DNA from: a virus
Lineage: Duplodnaviria > Caudoviricetes
Strand: one strand, 5' to 3'
IMG/VR virus record: IMGVR_UViG_3300020045_015663
Coordinates: 1 to 25,598 of that record
Length of the DNA stretch: 25,598 nt
The notes beneath the pieces were generated by a model. That model did no database searches, was not told the DNA's origin, and was given only the letters and a program-made list of their open reading frames with translations. Positions 16,681-24,504 of this stretch are shown here, piece after piece; position 1 is the stretch's first letter, and the number at the start of each line of letters is the position of its first letter. The position numbers were made by a program, and so were the translations under genes.

Positions 16681-17931
16681 ATGAAATTCTCTATTATATT
16701 AGTTGAAACTGAAAACGCTAATGAAGATGGTTTCCCGCTCTATGCCCGGGTGTCGGAAAAACAGGCGCGTCCTAAGAAAATTATAGGGCGTGCGTGGCCG
16801 GAACATTTTGAGGGTGGCAAAACGCAAATGGTAACCGATGATCATCCGTACTACGGTATTATGGCGCAAAAGATACTGGATTATAAGATCCGGGCTAAAA
16901 CACTAATCATGTCCGGTAAATATACTGATCCTGATGTGGTGCTGAAAGAAGTGCTGCAAAAAGATACATCAGGCATTACCCTGCAGGAATTTTATGCCAG
17001 CTGGGCGGCGGGGCAAAAAGCCCTGGCGGCGGCGCATGAAAAGAACGGCGATTTAAAGGCGCGTAATAAGGTTAACGGTTATATGCGTAGTGTAGACGGT
17101 GCAATGGTGCATTTTGACCTGTGTGCGCCCTCTGTGGCGGTTGTGGGTATCGATTCTAATACTATTCAGCGTTTTAAAAAACAACGCATGATTGCCGGAA
17201 ATAGTAAGAGTACCGTGGCGCTGTACCTGCGTTCTGTTCGTATGCTGTATAACCTGGCGCTGGATGTGCACAAACTGCCGTCTAAAAAACCGTTTGAGAG
17301 AATATTTAAGGATTTAAAAGTAAAAAGCAGCCAGGCGCGTAAAAAACATTTGGATATTAGTGCGGTGCGTTTGCTGGAAACTTTAAAGCTGGGTGTAGAG
17401 CATGGCCGCGCGCGTGATCTTTTTTTGCTCCAGTTCTACTTTGGAGGGTGCGACCTTACCGATATTTATTTTTTAAAACGCCTACAGGTGCGCAAAGGGC
17501 GGGTGTATTTTGAGCGTGGTAAAACCGATGTTATTATAGATCTGGCGATACACCCCAAAGCAAAAGAAATTATAGACCGGCATGCTGCGCCCGATGGTGA
17601 ATATTTGTTCCCGTGGAATAAAGATGCGCAGTTTTATGAAAATTTCAGGCGGCGGCAGGGTAAATTTTTAATTGAGATACAAACACGCCAGGCTACGGCG
17701 GCCGTTGAAAATAAAAACGAGGCCCTGAGTATTGATGTACTGCCCGGCGGCGGTAACCTGGCAATAAAGGTGGCGCGGCATACCTTTGCCAATACCGCAA
17801 AAGGGTTAATGATAGACCCGGATTTAATTCGCGAACTTATGGGTCATGAGCGCGATGGTGTAGATAATTTTTATAAAGACCGTTTTCCGGCAAAGGTGCG
17901 GGATGAAGCGTTGTTTAGTGTGATAGAATAA
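16681..17931 (+). CDS. int: Tyrosine recombinase (integrase)
   Basis: SAM-like STVALYLRSVRMLYN, ARDLFLLQFYFGGCDLTD, RGKT, VARHTFAN, LMGH and DNFY motifs. ATG 16681 preferred to TTG 16663. Confidence 0.93.
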   Translation: MKFSIILVETENANEDGFPLYARVSEKQARPKKIIGRAWPEHFEGGKTQMVTDDHPYYGIMAQKILDYKIRAKTLIMSGKYTDPDVVLKEVLQKDTSGITLQEFYASWAAGQKALAAAHEKNGDLKARNKVNGYMRSVDGAMVHFDLCAPSVAVVGIDSNTIQRFKKQRMIAGNSKSTVALYLRSVRMLYNLALDVHKLPSKKPFERIFKDLKVKSSQARKKHLDISAVRLLETLKLGVEHGRARDLFLLQFYFGGCDLTDIYFLKRLQVRKGRVYFERGKTDVIIDLAIHPKAKEIIDRHAAPDGEYLFPWNKDAQFYENFRRRQGKFLIEIQTRQATAAVENKNEALSIDVLPGGGNLAIKVARHTFANTAKGLMIDPDLIRELMGHERDGVDNFYKDRFPAKVRDEALFSVIE

Positions 17932-18168
17932 TTACCCCTCTTTTGGGGTGCGGTAATGTTCTTTTACGGTGGTGCCGTCTTTTTTAGTGTAGGCTTTTAC
18001 TTTTACGGTTTTGGGTTTTCCGGGTGCTTTGCGGTAGGCGGCCAGTGTATCGAACGGCGCAGCAACAAATGCAGTGTCCTGTACCTGTGTGGCGGTAACG
18101 TAGCCCTGGCGCGGGCCGCTGCTGCATGATAATAGTAAAAGTGTGAGAAGGGTTAAAAGGGGTTTCAT
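17932..18168 (-). CDS. Small basic lipoprotein (moron)
   Basis: Lipobox LLLLSC; C-terminal VKVKAYTKKDGTTVKEHYR beta-hairpin motif. Confidence 0.8.
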   Translation of the reverse strand: MKPLLTLLTLLLLSCSSGPRQGYVTATQVQDTAFVAAPFDTLAAYRKAPGKPKTVKVKAYTKKDGTTVKEHYRTPKEG

Positions 18169-18725
18169 TTTTTGGATAGTTTCATTGCTTCGGTGTAAAC
18201 CATTTTAAATTGATTTTGTACAAATTCCTGATCAGAATTTTTAATTTCAAAATCATAATAAGTTTCAGTAGTATAAATTCTTACTTTGGTTATTTTTTGA
18301 TAATTCAATATTAAAAAGTTACCGATACATAAATCAAGTAAATCGCGCCGGGGTGTTGGTAAATATGTTGCGCCTAATATGTTTGTTCGGCAAACCGTTT
18401 CTGAAAATTGTACGCATTCAATCGTTGATTTGTCTTCTAATAGAAGAATGATTTTACCGGTGGATTGGGATAAACATCCTGAAATTATTTGTTGTGGAGT
18501 TGCGGTTATGGTGATTGCAAATGCTTGGCCTCCGTCTTTACTTAGATGGTATGAAGGTGTGAACAAAAGACTGCCTTCTACTGCAACATTATCAGATAGT
18601 TTGAATTTATTCCCTTTGTATGGATTTGCGATAACTGTAGTTGCGCCGGTGAAATCATCGGTTTCTATAGTTACTTTTTGACCAGCGCAAAATAACGGTA
18701 TGAACAATAATAAAATAAATTTCAT
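18165..18725 (-). CDS. Secreted protein (moron)
   Basis: Signal peptide MKFILLLFIPLFCAG-Q (Gln at +1, Bacteroidota style), ETDDFTG start; AT-rich gene. Confidence 0.8.
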   Translation of the reverse strand: MKFILLLFIPLFCAGQKVTIETDDFTGATTVIANPYKGNKFKLSDNVAVEGSLLFTPSYHLSKDGGQAFAITITATPQQIISGCLSQSTGKIILLLEDKSTIECVQFSETVCRTNILGATYLPTPRRDLLDLCIGNFLILNYQKITKVRIYTTETYYDFEIKNSDQEFVQNQFKMVYTEAMKLSKK

Positions 18726-18745
18726 ATCTCTAAAGTTTTAGAAAC

Positions 18746-18753
18746 CAAAGATA
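18746..18753 (-). promoter_or_regulatory. Bacteroidota -7 promoter box for the moron pair
   Basis: Reverse strand TATCTTTG = TAnnTTTG, 20 nt upstream of the ATG at 18725. Confidence 0.65.
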
Positions 18754-18799
18754 TAATTTATTTTAACAGGAAAATTGCGGAAAACCTTACTTGTGGTGA

Positions 18800-19183
18800 T
18801 TATTTTAATAAATTGGCGTCATCAAGTGGGCTGGTAAAGTCAATTTTATTCTTTCTTAGTAGTAATTCTAAATTTAAGATGCCTTTTATAAGTTTAGAAT
18901 TTACAGTATTTAATCGGTTAATTTCGGCTTCAGATTCACCGTAATTGGCAGTGGGTTCGTTTAAAATATTTTTAATATCTGTGCCTGTAATTCCCTTTTG
19001 AATATATTTTTCAATCTTCTCTAAGGTGTCATATGTGGGTTTTTTGGTCTCCCCTTTTAAAATTTTATCAATTCCTACAGTGCTCAATCCTGTATTTTTC
19101 GCAATCTCATACGAGGTTATATTATGATCTTGTATAACTTTTAGTAAAACTTCAACTCTTTTTTCTTTTGGCATATTATTCAT
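18800..19183 (-). CDS. XRE-family HTH repressor (CI-like)
   Basis: ITSYEIAKNTGLSTVGIDKILKGETKKP HTH; EPTANY linker and coiled coil; divergent from the early operon. Confidence 0.85.
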   Translation of the reverse strand: MNNMPKEKRVEVLLKVIQDHNITSYEIAKNTGLSTVGIDKILKGETKKPTYDTLEKIEKYIQKGITGTDIKNILNEPTANYGESEAEINRLNTVNSKLIKGILNLELLLRKNKIDFTSPLDDANLLK

Positions 19184-19217
19184 ATTCAGGCTTTTATGAT
19201 TAGTTTATTTAATTTAA

Positions 19218-19316
19218 CATATTAAGTTATACAACTATTATATATAAGTTATATATTTGTAACACAATAAGACAGTAACTGTGTCACAATTGTTGTCGCA
19301 AATGTAACTTAATATG
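19218..19316. promoter_or_regulatory. Lysis-lysogeny switch: face-to-face -7 boxes and operator-like repeats
   Basis: TATATTTG (+) at 19252-19259; TACATTTG (-) at 19299-19306; inverted 12-mer CATATTAAGTTA at 19218-19229 / 19305-19316; TAAGTTATA at 19223 and 19245. Confidence 0.7.
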
Positions 19317-19568
19317 GGAAATAAACTGTTAACAAAACGTGAAAATAGTACTGTACAGCGTATTGGGTGGATAAAACGCGCTGCCGTTGTTAATGATGGC
19401 TTCTTTAAGGCAGGTTTTAAAAATGTTGGGGCGGTGGCGGCAATTGTTCAAAATGCCTACCCTGAAATTTTAAACGATGATGTGGCGGCGTTCTGGAACT
19501 TTCGTGTTATGGATGACGATATCCTCGAAAAAATGGAGTGTGTTTTACAAAAACTAAAATCAGAATAA
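19314..19568 (+). CDS. First early gene, Cro-position protein
   Basis: 84 aa divergent from the repressor; role inferred from position. Confidence 0.6.
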   Translation: MGNKLLTKRENSTVQRIGWIKRAAVVNDGFFKAGFKNVGAVAAIVQNAYPEILNDDVAAFWNFRVMDDDILEKMECVLQKLKSE

Positions 19569-19870
19569 TGGACGGCCTTATTTCTATCCCCGATTTTATG
19601 GCGCACCTAAAAGCCGAAGGTTTGTTGCTTATAAAAGCCACCGACCTGGCCGAACTGAAAATGCTGGAACGCGACCAGAAGCACCGCGACTGGTTAAAGC
19701 AAAAAACCGTTACCGTGACCCAGGCGGCCGAACTTTTGAACTGTAGCGACACTACTATTCGCCGCTTTATAGATGACCCTAAAACGGTGCCTAAAAGCGA
19801 GCTTATTAAAAAAGGCAACAGGATATTGATTAGTACACAAACCGTAAAAAGACTGCGAGGCTATGAATGA
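19568..19870 (+). CDS. Excisionase-like HTH protein
   Basis: VTVTQAAELLNCSDTTIRRFI...GNRILI MerR/Xis-type HTH; ATG 19568 overlaps the upstream TAA. Confidence 0.75.
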   Translation: MDGLISIPDFMAHLKAEGLLLIKATDLAELKMLERDQKHRDWLKQKTVTVTQAAELLNCSDTTIRRFIDDPKTVPKSELIKKGNRILISTQTVKRLRGYE

Positions 19871-20225
19871 GTTAAATGTCTTAAAGTTAAAAGTCGAAAG
19901 TTCGATGCATAACTGTAGAGTGGGTAACCGTTACCCTATGCGCCCGGGAATGGTACCGGCGCAAAGCAAAGCGATATTTAAAACCGTAGACCATGCTGCC
20001 GGTGAATTTTTAGGGCTGCTCCCGTTAAATGAGTTTTTGCTAAAAACTTTAAAAGTACAGGTTGCGATATCGCACCCGTTACAGAAAATGTTTGACGTCG
20101 CAAATGCAAATCGTGTGTTGCCTGATTTAATACCGTTAAAGGGTTGCGTTAAAGGCGGGTTTTGTGAGCCGGGCGGCGGGCACGGCAGTTTTGAGTGGTG
20201 TGATAAATGTAATAATATAATATAA
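19863..20225 (+). CDS. Hypothetical protein with C-terminal Cys cluster
   Basis: 120 aa; C-x5-C...C-x2-C, possible metal site. Confidence 0.6.
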   Translation: MNELNVLKLKVESSMHNCRVGNRYPMRPGMVPAQSKAIFKTVDHAAGEFLGLLPLNEFLLKTLKVQVAISHPLQKMFDVANANRVLPDLIPLKGCVKGGFCEPGGGHGSFEWCDKCNNII

Positions 20226-20230
20226 ACACA

Positions 20231-20449
20231 ATGGAAAATCTTAACTGTGTAGATGTGTGGGTAATAATCGGTGGTGCATCGGTATTCCTGGCAATAGTGT
20301 TAACGGCGGTGGTATTAATATGGCTGCAGGTAAAAGAAAGCAAACGTAAAGAATTGCTTACTACTGCCGAAGTGGAAAATTTAAAACAGCGCACGGCATC
20401 GCTTAAAATTGAAAATGATATGAGGTTACCGCCCCGTTCCCGGGCATAA
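20231..20449 (+). CDS. Small single-pass membrane protein
   Basis: One long hydrophobic segment followed by a charged coiled coil. Confidence 0.7.
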   Translation: MENLNCVDVWVIIGGASVFLAIVLTAVVLIWLQVKESKRKELLTTAEVENLKQRTASLKIENDMRLPPRSRA

Positions 20450-20683
20450 TAAAAATATGTGTACCCTTTGGGCATCGCGCTTTTATAAATGTGATCCTTA
20501 CTTGTCGGTAATGTAGGCCTGTGTTATGTGCCGCGGTTTTCCTGTATGGGCCGGTGTAAAAGCCGGGGCGGTATTAGTTGGGGCAAAGGCGCGATAGTAA
20601 TTTTCTTTAAATGGCCCCTAAATAACACTAAGACTGACAGCGTTTGGCGGTGTGCCAATTAACGGAACAGACGGCAAAAAATG

Positions 20684-20746
20684 GGCAGGGCAAAAACTAC
20701 ATGAGGGTAGTTGGTTGTTTCGGGTTCGAATCCCGCCCCTGCCACA
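20684..20746 (+). ncRNA. Miniature tRNA-like RNA lacking a D arm
   Basis: Acceptor GGCAGGG/CCCTGCC-A, T arm CGGG-TTCGAAT-CCCG, single middle hairpin AACTAC-ATGAGG-GTAGTT. Confidence 0.65.
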
Positions 20747-20754
20747 AAATTAGT

Positions 20755-21005
20755 AACATTAAATTTTAAAGGATATGCAAACAGTAAATCGTTTTGGTGT
20801 ATTAGGGCTGATTGAGCTGCTAACTTCTGAGGGTTTAAAGCAGGCAATGGCAAACCCGGATATTGACCATGTTGATGTTTTTGATGGTGCGCCTGAAAAC
20901 CTTGAAAAGCGCCGCGCAATGGTGGGTAAAAAGTTTACAGTAACAAAACGCTTTCAAAAAACGGGTGGTAATAAAAAACGCAAACATTAAATTTTAAAGG
21001 ATATG
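20755..21005 (+). repeat. 23-bp exact direct repeat flanking the 71-aa gene
   Basis: AACATTAAATTTTAAAGGATATG at 20755-20777 and 20983-21005, each ending in a start codon. Confidence 0.9.
20775..20990 (+). CDS. Hypothetical protein with basic C-terminus
   Basis: 71-aa ORF with the same leader as the next gene. Confidence 0.7.
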   Translation: MQTVNRFGVLGLIELLTSEGLKQAMANPDIDHVDVFDGAPENLEKRRAMVGKKFTVTKRFQKTGGNKKRKH

Positions 21006-21599
21006 AATGTAAAGTTTTACAACAGTACCGGGGTTACATACACGCATTTAAACAATGTGGTGGGCCACGATGATCTGCGCCCGGCAATGCAGGGTGTGTA
21101 CATCGATTTTAAAGAAAAAGTGTTGGTGGCTACCGATGCGTGTATTTTGGCGGTGTATCCTATTAATATTTATGAACACGATTTTGAAAATAATTCATTG
21201 GATGGTGTAATTGTGCCGGTTGCGCTGTTTAATGCTTTGCGCTGGATGGGTGTGCCGTCTAAAAATAAATGGGTGGTAGAGCCGGAATTTGTATTATCGG
21301 AAAAATATGCAGAAGTGTATTTTGCCGGTGAGTTGGCCTACCGCTGCAAATACATAGATGAAAAGTACCCTAATTATGCCGCTGTTTTGCCTCGAAAAGA
21401 AAATATGTGCGAAATAGATCAGGTAAACTTCCTGATTGGCAGGATGAAAAAATTGTGTGCCTGCCTCCCGCTTTCAGACCCGTTTGAGTATAATTTTTCG
21501 TTTTACGGAAAAAATAAAGCGGTGTTACTGGAATCTAAAAAAACCGATTACGACGGCAGGGCGATTACTGCAATGATAATGCCGATGTCTCAGGGTTAA
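21003..21599 (+). CDS. Short DNA polymerase III beta-clamp-like protein
   Basis: DDLRPAMQGVY...LVATDACILA, YPNYAAVLP and terminal AMIMPM match DnaN central and C-terminal motifs; only 198 aa. Confidence 0.7.
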   Translation: MNVKFYNSTGVTYTHLNNVVGHDDLRPAMQGVYIDFKEKVLVATDACILAVYPINIYEHDFENNSLDGVIVPVALFNALRWMGVPSKNKWVVEPEFVLSEKYAEVYFAGELAYRCKYIDEKYPNYAAVLPRKENMCEIDQVNFLIGRMKKLCACLPLSDPFEYNFSFYGKNKAVLLESKKTDYDGRAITAMIMPMSQG

Positions 21600-21610
21600 A
21601 TCTATTGGTT

Positions 21611-21904
21611 ATGAGAAAATGTTACATCGCCGGTAAAATTGGCGATCTGCCAAAAGAAGATTACGAACGGAAGTTTGCCGATGCCGAAATTCATGTATGG
21701 AACAAAGGGTATGAACCGGTAAACCCGGTTACGCTTCCGCATAACCATAACAAAGCGTGGGTGTCGTACATGAAAGAAGATATTGCGGCAATGCTGCAGT
21801 GCGAGGCGGTGTATGCATTAAAAGACTGGCGGCAATCGCCTGGTGCGGTAATCGAAGTAGAATTGGCAACAAAATTAGGCTTAACCATATTTCAGCAAAC
21901 ATGA
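21611..21904 (+). CDS. DUF4406 / nucleoside deoxyribosyltransferase-like protein
   Basis: CYIAGKI, PVNP, YMKEDIAAMLQCEAVYALKDWRQSPGAVIEVELA motifs. Confidence 0.85.
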   Translation: MRKCYIAGKIGDLPKEDYERKFADAEIHVWNKGYEPVNPVTLPHNHNKAWVSYMKEDIAAMLQCEAVYALKDWRQSPGAVIEVELATKLGLTIFQQT

Positions 21905-22215
21905 AAACCATAAACCTCACCCACCCTCTAATCATTGCGCTGCATAGTGCGATCATGACAGAGTACAACTGTTGCCTGGGCGATATTATTGGCGTGAAAG
22001 ATACCCCTGCAAAAACTATGGCCGTGTTTTTTGTCCGGCATTTTTACCAGGTTCCGCTGCGCGAAATTGCCGATGTGTACACCATAAACCGCCTGTATAT
22101 AGAAACGGTGGTAGACCGGCATAAAGAGTATTATGCTTATAACCCCGCTTTTGTTGCTTTGGTGCACCGGGTGCTGGATTTTGTGGAGTTGCATTGTGAT
22201 GAAACGGCGGCGTAA
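21901..22215 (+). CDS. DnaA C-terminal-like HTH protein
   Basis: AKTMAVFFVRHFYQVPLREIADVY pattern; ATGA overlap with the upstream stop supports start 21901. Confidence 0.55.
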   Translation: MKTINLTHPLIIALHSAIMTEYNCCLGDIIGVKDTPAKTMAVFFVRHFYQVPLREIADVYTINRLYIETVVDRHKEYYAYNPAFVALVHRVLDFVELHCDETAA

Positions 22216-22237
22216 AAATTAAATAACATTTAAAATT

Positions 22238-22957
22238 ATGGAAATATTACAAACTACAGATTATTCCCTGTTTGAACCCATTGTGGGTAACCGTACCCTG
22301 AGCCGGGTTAAGATTGATAAAATTGTGGCCGATGTGCAGGGTGGTTTTAATATGCTGCCTTATGTGCCGTGTATTGTGGTGCCGCACGGCGATAAAATGG
22401 GCGTTGTGGACGGGCAGCACCGCCGCGAGGTTTCGCGCCTTACAAACAACCCTGTGTATTATGTGGTGTGCCATGATATTACCCTGAAACAAATTGCCCA
22501 GCTTAACAGCCGCGGCGAAAAGTGGAAGGCTGTCGATTTTCTTAACTGTTACATTGCCCTGGGCGCGGCTGACTATTTAAAGCTAAAACCGGTAATGTCT
22601 GAATATGGTATTTCGATATCGGTAGCCGTGGCTTTGCTTATGTTTAATAAGCCGCAGGAACGTTCTTTGGATTTATTCCAGGATGGTGAATTTAAGTGTA
22701 ATTATGAAGCTGAAGCAATAGAATTACTGAATCTGTGTAAATCGCTTTTCCATCGCTATGTGTTTAGTGTAGACCGTAACCTTATTGCGGCGGTGCAGGC
22801 CATTCATAAAAAAGGTAAGTGTGATTTCGACCGCCTGCGCGATAAAATTAGCGCCGCTCCCATGGTGATGGATAAGCAAAAGGATATGAAAAATTACATC
22901 TACAACATAGAGAAAGTGTATAACTACGGTAAGCAAAACCGTGACGTAATTTATTAA
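22238..22957 (+). CDS. ParB/Srx-fold protein (DGQHR motif)
   Basis: GNRTL and VVDGQHR motifs; 239 aa. Confidence 0.75.
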   Translation: MEILQTTDYSLFEPIVGNRTLSRVKIDKIVADVQGGFNMLPYVPCIVVPHGDKMGVVDGQHRREVSRLTNNPVYYVVCHDITLKQIAQLNSRGEKWKAVDFLNCYIALGAADYLKLKPVMSEYGISISVAVALLMFNKPQERSLDLFQDGEFKCNYEAEAIELLNLCKSLFHRYVFSVDRNLIAAVQAIHKKGKCDFDRLRDKISAAPMVMDKQKDMKNYIYNIEKVYNYGKQNRDVIY

Positions 22958-22960
22958 TCT

Positions 22961-23314
22961 ATGAAAGGCCTCGGGTTTAAAACCCAGAAAGCGCAAAAGC
23001 CGCATAAGTGCGACTGGTGTGGCCTGGTTATAAACATTGGTATTATTTATGAACGCCAGGGTGTTTTGTCTGACGGGAATATGTTTACATGGAAAAACCA
23101 TGTGCATTGTTCGGAGCTGGCGACTAAATTAAAGATGTATGATGAGTGTGATGAAGGGCTTTCTGCTGAAGATTTCCGCGAAAATGTACTGGAAGCGTAC
23201 CGCGATATTATGCGGCATAAATATCTTGAAATTTATGAGTCGGAAGGGTTTGAGTATCCTTATTGGCGTGACCTATTGAGTTTTGTAATGTTAGAAAATA
23301 AAATTAAAAGTTGA
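22961..23314 (+). CDS. Putative zinc-binding protein
   Basis: KAQKPHKCDWCG...HVHC motif. Confidence 0.7.
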   Translation: MKGLGFKTQKAQKPHKCDWCGLVINIGIIYERQGVLSDGNMFTWKNHVHCSELATKLKMYDECDEGLSAEDFRENVLEAYRDIMRHKYLEIYESEGFEYPYWRDLLSFVMLENKIKS

Positions 23315-23538
23315 TGGAAAACACAACACTTGTAAGCGTAAACGATTTGATATTAAATTTTTTACGCGCCAACCCGCAACAGGCGTGGGCAGCATTCGAG
23401 ATAAAAGAGCGCTGTGCCGGGCTTTTACTGGTTTCTATAACCGAGTTATGGCAGGCCTGCATAAAACTGGCAGAAAACGATTGTATAACACAGGTGGGCG
23501 GTGCTGAACTGATTCGCCGGTATAAAATTAAAGTGTGA
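23314..23538 (+). CDS. Small winged-helix-like protein
   Basis: ILNFLRANPQQAWAAFEI...LAENDCI...RYKI pattern; TGATG coupling. Confidence 0.55.
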   Translation: MENTTLVSVNDLILNFLRANPQQAWAAFEIKERCAGLLLVSITELWQACIKLAENDCITQVGGAELIRRYKIKV

Positions 23539-23813
23539 TGGATATACAACAAGTTAAAGATGATGTTGCGTCAAGTCTTGGTTATAGAGATTCCGAACAT
23601 GTTTTTGTTTCTCATATCGAGGAGTTTATAACCGATAAAGAATTTGATGATTATTTCGATAGATGTATGCTAGAGTATGCGCGGCAAAAGTGTATAGATC
23701 AAAAATATATATGCAAAGATGATATTCCTGCTAATCACATTTATCCTGAATACAGGGTGGATGTGTGGAATTTAATTGTTAATGCGCCTTTGGCTACAGA
23801 TATTAATAAATAA
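23538..23813 (+). CDS. Hypothetical protein
   Basis: About 91 aa, stop/start coupled on both sides. Confidence 0.6.
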   Translation: MDIQQVKDDVASSLGYRDSEHVFVSHIEEFITDKEFDDYFDRCMLEYARQKCIDQKYICKDDIPANHIYPEYRVDVWNLIVNAPLATDINK

Positions 23814-24490
23814 TGTCACAGCCTAACTTTTACGCAATAATCCCTGCCGATGTTCGGTACGATGCGCGGTTAAAACCTAACGCAAAGTTACTGTATGGCG
23901 AGATTACGGCCCTGTGCACCCAGGAGGGTTTTTGCTGGGCCGAAAACGAATATTTTGCCGCTCTTTATGGTGTAAATACTGAGACGGTAAGCCGATGGAT
24001 TTCACAGCTTCGCGATGGTGGGTATATTGATGTGGATATCCAAAAAAGCGAGGGTAATAAGCGCAAAATAGGTATTGCGCAAAAAGTCAATACCTATTGT
24101 CAAAAAACGCAAGAGGTATTGACAAAAAAGACAATACCTCTTGTCAAAAAAGGCAAATCAAATAAGGAGAGTATTACAATTAATAATACAATTAATAGAG
24201 AGAGCACCGCACTCGCATTTTTAGAGCATAATTATCGCTCCCGTTTTGAAGCCTGGTGCATGCAGCACAAAACAAAACTGGGTACCGATTTCGAACATTT
24301 TTGCAGCGATTATAATTGCAAGGTTATCGAAGAAAAAACAGACTGGGAACCCGATGTATTATTTGCCCGCCTAACCCGCCTTTCTAACAACTGGCAACGC
24401 CGGGGGCAAAATGTAAACAACGGTGGGTTTTCAAATCAAAATGCAAGCGCGGTGCCTGCGGGGCCAAAAAGACAGGTTACAAAGTGGTAA
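23813..24490 (+). CDS. Phage replication initiator (N-terminal HTH)
   Basis: YAIIPADVRYD..LKPNAKLLYGEI..L...GFCWA.NEYFA.LY...TVSRWISQL; upstream of the helicase. Confidence 0.88.
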   Translation: MSQPNFYAIIPADVRYDARLKPNAKLLYGEITALCTQEGFCWAENEYFAALYGVNTETVSRWISQLRDGGYIDVDIQKSEGNKRKIGIAQKVNTYCQKTQEVLTKKTIPLVKKGKSNKESITINNTINRESTALAFLEHNYRSRFEAWCMQHKTKLGTDFEHFCSDYNCKVIEEKTDWEPDVLFARLTRLSNNWQRRGQNVNNGGFSNQNASAVPAGPKRQVTKW

Positions 24491-24504
24491 ATTTTAAATA
24501 AGCT

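Noticed and set aside
20529-20573. Twister ribozyme or cobalamin riboswitch
   Set aside because: Only a superficial CCGGT...GCCGG hairpin; the other conserved core elements could not be found by eye.
20659-20919. 86-aa minus-strand ORF
   Set aside because: It is antisense to the tRNA-like element and the 71-aa gene; its AGAGFEP segment is the typical reverse translation of a T arm.
21757-21900. Longer N-terminus for the 21757-22215 ORF (likewise 19538 for the Xis-like gene)
   Set aside because: These would overlap upstream genes extensively; coupled ATGs at 21901 and 19568 fit better.
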